A DNA stretch of 45,179 nt from Elusimicrobiota bacterium (GTDB taxonomy: Bacteria > Elusimicrobiota > Elusimicrobia > F11). The position numbers and the translations under genes are program-made. The first letter of the stretch is position 1, and every line of letters begins with the position of its first letter. Of the stretch, positions 40,775 to 45,179 are shown piece after piece. The stretch covers positions 1 through 45,179 of the forward strand of contig JBJXGI010000064.1 in NCBI GenBank assembly GCA_046153645.1, in the 5' to 3' direction. Under the pieces are notes generated by a model. The model had not been told where the DNA came from. It worked only from the letters and a program-made list of their open reading frames with translations, and did not search any database.

Positions 40775-41013
40775 CAACGCAATTCCTTAGAACATTTCTT
40801 TGGAGATGTCTTTAGCCCTTTTCTAATGGAATCCCGCATTTTGGGAATTGAAACAAGATAAAGAGTTTCCTGGATAGCTCTCCAATCCTCCTCCGATAAA
40901 AGGATAGCGTTTGTTCGTTTCCCAGTTATTTGGATGGGGTGGTGAGAATAGGCAGCTCGATCAAGTAACTTATAAAGTGATGCTCGTGCCTGGCTTGCAG
41001 TTAATGTTGTCAT
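40771..41013 (-). CDS. yefM: Phd/YefM antitoxin
   Basis: TASQARASLYKL...LLSEEDWRAIQETLYL; GTGA overlap with yoeB. Confidence 0.93.
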   Translation of the reverse strand: MTTLTASQARASLYKLLDRAAYSHHPIQITGKRTNAILLSEEDWRAIQETLYLVSIPKMRDSIRKGLKTSPKKCSKELRW

Positions 41014-41032
41014 AAGCTTACCTCTACCCATA

Positions 41033-41061
41033 AGCGTACCAAATAGCGTACGCTAATTCAA
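41033..41061 (-). promoter_or_regulatory. yefM-yoeB promoter/operator
   Basis: TTGAAT-17 nt-TACGCT on the minus strand; two CGTAC cores (GTAC at 41036 and 41048) 12 bp apart, one within the perfect palindrome AGCGTACGCT. Confidence 0.75.
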
Positions 41062-41069
41062 GGAATGTT

Positions 41070-41450
41070 TTAATCACTTAATAACTTAGTAGAGTCTCCA
41101 TTCCCAACCACTTCAGATATATCTAGTGCGATAAGCCACCGACTAATAATTTGTTTTCTAAATATCTGTATCGTTGTGGTGTCTTTTGAAAAGTGGTACA
41201 TGCTGCCGAGTTGATCACGGAGCTTCCAGCCGTCTGTTCCCAAGATTTTCTGGAAATATTTTTCCTCATTGGGAATCCAGGCAATTATCCGAGTCCCATT
41301 GAGTTTTTGACTTTGCACAGAAAAAAACGGAATTGGGAATGAGAGCTTCTTGCCATTTCCTGAGAGTTGTGCCTGCCGAGATCTAAAAGAAAACATGATG
41401 GTACCCCCTACCACAACGCATAGGGAGATAGTTACGAGAATTTTAGTCAT
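41070..41450 (-). CDS. Small N-anchored hypothetical protein
   Basis: TM segment at N-terminus from ATG 41450; longer start rejected because it overlaps an IS110 end. Confidence 0.55.
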   Translation of the reverse strand: MTKILVTISLCVVVGGTIMFSFRSRQAQLSGNGKKLSFPIPFFSVQSQKLNGTRIIAWIPNEEKYFQKILGTDGWKLRDQLGSMYHFSKDTTTIQIFRKQIISRWLIALDISEVVGNGDSTKLLSD

Positions 41451-41473
41451 AACCATAACCCTTAGTGGCCTAG

Positions 41474-41708
41474 ATCGTATGATGAAAAAAGAGCGTGCAA
41501 TAGCGATAAAATACAGTTGGAAAAACAAAAACTCAATTGGGAGGTTACACGCTTATGAAATACTATCTTGGAATCGATTATCATAAAAAAATTTCCTTCA
41601 TCGCCCTCATCGATGAACAGGGAACAATAATTCGCGAGGGACGCGTTGAGAACAGTTTAACTTAGTGGACGCAAACTGTCGACCATTTACCTCGTCCTTG
41701 CACAGCCT
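41474..41708 (+). mobile_element. IS110-family 5' remnant (left end plus truncated transposase)
   Basis: GGAGG RBS, ATG 41555: MKYYLGIDYHKKISFIALIDEQGTIIREGRVENS, in-frame TAG at 41663. Confidence 0.8.
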
Positions 41709-41934
41709 TTAACTTACGAGGAATGATCACGATTCTCGAGGTTCGAGGTTTGGTTCAGGCGCTCAATACAGTTTAAGGAGATGGGATTTCTCATGTTGAT
41801 GCGTTAGATGAAGAAAAAATAAAAACCACTCGCCACTTTCACACTAAAACTTCGTCTGTTTTCGCTCATTTATCGTCGGAGAAATCATTATGACGCAGGT
41901 TCTGCAGCCGCAATTGGTTAGGCCACCGCTTCTT

Positions 41935-42168
41935 TTAAACTTCACGTCTCACTCTTTCAAATTCTTCTGGAGACAAATCAACATCACGAAGAATTGCGCG
42001 AATGAGGCCGCGACCGAGATCTTCACCTTTATGAATAGGAACAACGGTTGCGCGGCCGTCAGGATGCTTAAAATAAGCGTGACTTCCTTTCCGTCTAACA
42101 AAAGAAAAACCCAGATGCCGGAGGATTTTCGACATCTGGGTTGATGAAATAATCGAAAGCTTACTCAT
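41935..42168 (-). CDS. hicA: HicA toxin
   Basis: LGFSFVRRKGSHAYFKHPDGRATVVPIH. Confidence 0.92.
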   Translation of the reverse strand: MSKLSIISSTQMSKILRHLGFSFVRRKGSHAYFKHPDGRATVVPIHKGEDLGRGLIRAILRDVDLSPEEFERVRREV

Positions 42169-42386
42169 CTGACCGCAATTTCAAGTTGATGCACTCCCAC
42201 AAATTTATTTTGAGAAATACGCCCTTTTTCCCCTGCTATACATAATTGGATAGCTTCGCGGATTCGTTTTTCAAGCTGCGGAAGAGTTTTCGCTTGTGTG
42301 TGACAACCTTTAAGATCTGGAACGATGGCAACAAACCATCCGTCTTCATCTTGTTCAATCACAACTGGGAAATGGTATTTTTTCAT
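42165..42386 (-). CDS. hicB: HicB antitoxin (short form)
   Basis: VIEQDEDGWFVAIVPDLKGCHTQAKT...IREAI. Confidence 0.92.
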   Translation of the reverse strand: MKKYHFPVVIEQDEDGWFVAIVPDLKGCHTQAKTLPQLEKRIREAIQLCIAGEKGRISQNKFVGVHQLEIAVR

Positions 42387-42457
42387 ATTAACCTCGGGTC
42401 TAAATTTATCACAGAAACCAAGTTACAACAACCATAAAGATCGGCAGAAAAAGCGGC

Positions 42458-42652
42458 CTAGACATAATAGCTGCATCTCGGCAGCCTTTTGATCAGCATG
42501 AATGAGTTGAAAAAGAATCTCCATAAGAAAAAAGAAGGCTCGCCAAAAATCTGGCGAGTAAACCCGCCGCCTTTGCGTGGATTAAAATACTTTCGTATCT
42601 CAGAGCCATGAGTGAAATTATTGTACATGTGGGACTCGATATCCATAAGGAG
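42458..42652 (+). repeat. Repeat A copy 1: CTAGACATAA junction plus IS110 left end and N-terminus
   Basis: Near-identical to 43417-43633; ATG 42608 MSEIIVHVGLDIHKE. Confidence 0.85.
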
Positions 42653-42842
42653 ATGGCTTTAACCGTTTCTAGCTATTTACCCGCCATTTGTGTAGCGGGC
42701 AACTTAAAGCGGGCGATGAAGATATTGGGGGTTCCAAGGTTGATTGAAGCGGTAAGTTAGCAAAAGTTCTAAGAAAAATTCTGCTCGTCTTGCCTAGAGA
42801 TGAGTTACGGCTTTATTTCAGTCGGAGTTTTTCCAGAGTCTG
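42650..42842 (+). mobile_element. Repeat B copy 1: IS1182-like transposase 3' end and right IR
   Basis: EMALTV..Y[insert]NLKRAMKILGVPRLIEAVS*; terminal GAGTTTTTCCAGAGTCTG; near-identical to 44996-45179. Confidence 0.8.
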
Positions 42843-42865
42843 ACGAATGGTTAGATCGCACCTGT

Positions 42866-42987
42866 CTTATAACCGCTGACCCGCAAATCTCAAGCGCCGC
42901 ACATCTCCTCTCGAAGCTCAGGAGGCGCCCAGCTGCAAGACAAGGAAAACCTGACGAGCAACTTCGCGGCTTCAGCAACAGTTATAT
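42866..42987 (-). other. attC-like recombination site
   Basis: Minus strand ATATAAC (contains the upstream gene's stop)-TGTTGCTGAAGCCGCGAA ... TTTGCGGGTCAGCG-GTTATAA, about 120 bp. Confidence 0.6.
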
Positions 42988-43398
42988 GCCGTTAACGTTA
43001 TTGGCCTTTTCCCAAAAGTCTGATTCCGGCATGACAGTAACCGTTCCCTCTCTTTTAGTACCATCGTCAGACACGCCAGGCAGAAGACAAAACTTCTTTC
43101 CACTCAGTTCGAATGTGGCCGGCCCCAATAAACCGCCGTGAATCCAAAACACCGTTTTCTTTGTCTTCCCGTCAGTGACAAGAAATTCATAACGATCCCG
43201 TTGAAACACTGACCCTTCGTCCCGATGTTTGCTCTTTGCGATAAATCGCAATGAAAAGTCAGGAAAAATGCTTTCTCGGTTGCTGGTGTAATCAACCGAC
43301 TGCCCATATTGATATTTGTGATTCACGTTGTTCACCCCACATGACAGACATAAAGCATTCGTGACAATCGCAATTATGATCGCTATGGATCGCTTCAT
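42982..43398 (-). CDS. Putative lipoprotein (cassette-like)
   Basis: Lipobox-like CLSC; GGAG RBS; stop codon lies within the attC-like inverse core. Confidence 0.7.
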   Translation of the reverse strand: MKRSIAIIIAIVTNALCLSCGVNNVNHKYQYGQSVDYTSNRESIFPDFSLRFIAKSKHRDEGSVFQRDRYEFLVTDGKTKKTVFWIHGGLLGPATFELSGKKFCLLPGVSDDGTKREGTVTVMPESDFWEKANNVNGI

Positions 43399-43416
43399 TG
43401 TCTTCTCCCGGGCGAT

Positions 43417-43699
43417 CTAGACATAATAGCTGCATCTCGGCAGCCGTGAGAACAGTATGAAGGGATTCACTAAGAATCTCCATAAGAAAAAAGAAGGCTC
43501 GCCAAAAATCTGGCGAGTAAACCCGCCGCCTTTGCGTGGATTAAAATACTTTCGTATCTCAGAGCCAATATGAGCATAAAGGAGGCAAGCCATGAATGAA
43601 ATTATTGTACATGTGGGACTAGGGTGTCCATAAGCAAAGTATCGATGTGGCATTAGCTCAAGAAGGAACAACCGAAGTGCGTCATTACCGAAAAGAATA
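43417..43699 (+). repeat. Repeat A copy 2: CTAGACATAA junction plus IS110 left end and frameshifted N-terminus
   Basis: AAGGAGG RBS, ATG 43592 MNEIIVHVGL(fs)VHKQSIDVALAQEG(fs)EVRHY. Confidence 0.85.
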
Positions 43700-43802
43700 A
43701 GGACTGTGAAAAAAGATTCTCTCAAAATCTCTCCTTTTTCAGGTGTTATTAAAATAATTTATATTAACGATTTTTATCAAAAACGTTATTATAATATATC
43801 TT

Positions 43803-44969
43803 ATGAACAACTCCACTTATCAGCATCGATCAGGCGCCTGGATAAAACAATCAACAGGATACAAGGCATTTATTCCAAAACCTCTGCCACCAGATCCTGC
43901 CTTAAACATTAATTCTGAAATAACCAAATTACTTTCCAAAGCCAATTTAAGCTTAGGAAAATTAGATGGACTTACTTCCATCATCAGCGATCCTGATCTT
44001 TTTGTTTATTTGTTTGTTCGTAAAGAGGCGCTGCTCAGTTCTCAAATTGAAGGAACACAATGTTCGCTTGAAGATATTTTGCTTTCGTCAAAACCAACAC
44101 CAGAAAAAAAACCAGATATCGAGGAAGTCTCAAATTATGTTGCCGCCATGAAACAAGGGCTGAAAAGACTTTCTGATCTATCGCTTTCTGGTAGATTAAT
44201 AAAAGAAATCCACTCTATTTTGCTTAAAGGCGTTCGAGGCTCCAACAAAACTCCGGGTGAATTCCGAAGATCTCAAAATTGGATTGGACCTCCAGGTGCT
44301 ACGCTTCAAAATGCAACTTTTGTGCCGCCACCACCACATGAATTACAAAATTTGATGGTTGAATTAGAAAAATACATTCATAGTGATGATGAGCTCCCTC
44401 CTCTCATCAAAGCGGGGCTCATTCATGCGCAATTTGAGACACTTCATCCTTTCTTAGACGGAAATGGCCGACTGGGCCGGCTTCTCATTACTTTCCTATT
44501 GTGTGCATGGGACCTACTTCGCGAACCATTGCTTTACTTAAGTTATTTTTTCAAAGCCAACAGGACAGAATATTACTCCAAACTTATGAATGTTCGCTTA
44601 AAAGGCGATTGGGAAGGGTGGATAGCGTTTTTCTTAAGAGGCGTGATTGAATCCGCAGAATTGGCAAATTATTTGGCTCTTGATATACATAAACTTCATC
44701 AACATGACAGAGAGAAAATTCGACAAAATAAATTAAATGATCTTGCTTTTAATATTTTTACTACTTTCGCACATCATCCCACATTGGAAATGGTTCAGCT
44801 TAAGAAATATTTCCCTCAACAATCTGTCCCCTCTTTACAAAGAGCTCTCAACAAATTAATTGGAATAAAAATTATCGTAGAGACAAGTGGCTGGAAGCGT
44901 CACAGAAAATATACCTATAAAGCCTATTTGGATATTCTCACACGAGATACCACAACAAAGATGGGGTAA
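43803..44969 (+). CDS. Fic family protein (N-terminal inhibitory motif, C-terminal wHTH-like region)
   Basis: HPFLDGNGRLGR Fic motif; SSQIEG inhibitory motif; FIPKPLPP N-terminus. Confidence 0.93.
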   Translation: MNNSTYQHRSGAWIKQSTGYKAFIPKPLPPDPALNINSEITKLLSKANLSLGKLDGLTSIISDPDLFVYLFVRKEALLSSQIEGTQCSLEDILLSSKPTPEKKPDIEEVSNYVAAMKQGLKRLSDLSLSGRLIKEIHSILLKGVRGSNKTPGEFRRSQNWIGPPGATLQNATFVPPPPHELQNLMVELEKYIHSDDELPPLIKAGLIHAQFETLHPFLDGNGRLGRLLITFLLCAWDLLREPLLYLSYFFKANRTEYYSKLMNVRLKGDWEGWIAFFLRGVIESAELANYLALDIHKLHQHDREKIRQNKLNDLAFNIFTTFAHHPTLEMVQLKKYFPQQSVPSLQRALNKLIGIKIIVETSGWKRHRKYTYKAYLDILTRDTTTKMG

Positions 44970-45179
44970 TGAAAGGATTATCGAAAGTACGTGGTGAGAT
45001 GGCGTTAACGGTTTTTGGCTATTTACCCACCATTTGTGTGGCGGGCAACTTAAAGCGGGCGATGAAGATATTGGGGGTTCCAAGGTTAATTGAAGCGGTA
45101 AGTTAGCAAAAGTTCTAAGAAAAATTCTGCTCGTCTTGCCTAGAGATGAGTTACGGCTTTATTTCGGTTGGACTTTTTC
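44969..45179 (+). mobile_element. Repeat B copy 2: IS1182-like transposase 3' end and right end (runs off window)
   Basis: KGLSKVRGEMALTVFGY[LPTICVAG]NLKRAMKILGVPRLIEAVS* (44969-45106). Confidence 0.8.

Noticed and set aside
42539..42575. Riboswitch or terminator upstream of hicB
   Set aside because: The hairpin is better explained as the REP-like insert in an IS110 end; no known aptamer consensus seen
42458..42646. Minus-strand ORFs 42458-42646 and 43417-43725 as a duplicated small protein
   Set aside because: They are antisense shadows of repeat A; the + strand carries the IS110 start and RBS
42458..43566. CRISPR array
   Set aside because: Only two long copies 1 kb apart, no regular repeat-spacer period, no cas genes
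44856..45083. 75-aa minus-strand ORF
   Set aside because: Antisense to fic and the IS1182-like remnant

Overview
AT-rich bacterial chromosomal window. The gene content (T9SS-like CTD/PorP pair, GH2-like protein, DUF1015, DnaA-like paralog) suggests Elusimicrobiota or a related lineage; this is an inference, not verified. 1-5.9 kb (+): secreted FN3/CTD protein, a PorP/SprF-like barrel protein and a membrane-anchored propeller protein. 5.9-35.8 kb (almost all minus strand): housekeeping genes (gltX, hisG, pabB/pabC, cvpA, hemL, hemB, lepB, mtnP, rpiB, tpiA, queG, a frameshifted phosphoglucomutase). Embedded in this run is an unusual translationally coupled three-gene module: a disordered acidic protein, a DnaA AAA+ paralog lacking its DNA-binding domain but sharing an apparent C-terminal domain with the first protein, and a soluble histidine kinase. 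A palindromic element sits in-frame inside pabB. 36-45 kb is an accessory region: small secreted proteins, then a cassette-like array (GNAT, YefM-YoeB, HicBA, lipoprotein, Fic). Its junctions carry attC-like inverse-core sites, recurring CTAG boundaries, three IS110 5' remnants, three IS1182-like right ends and a small REP-like hairpin. No rRNA, tRNA, CRISPR array or integrase was seen.
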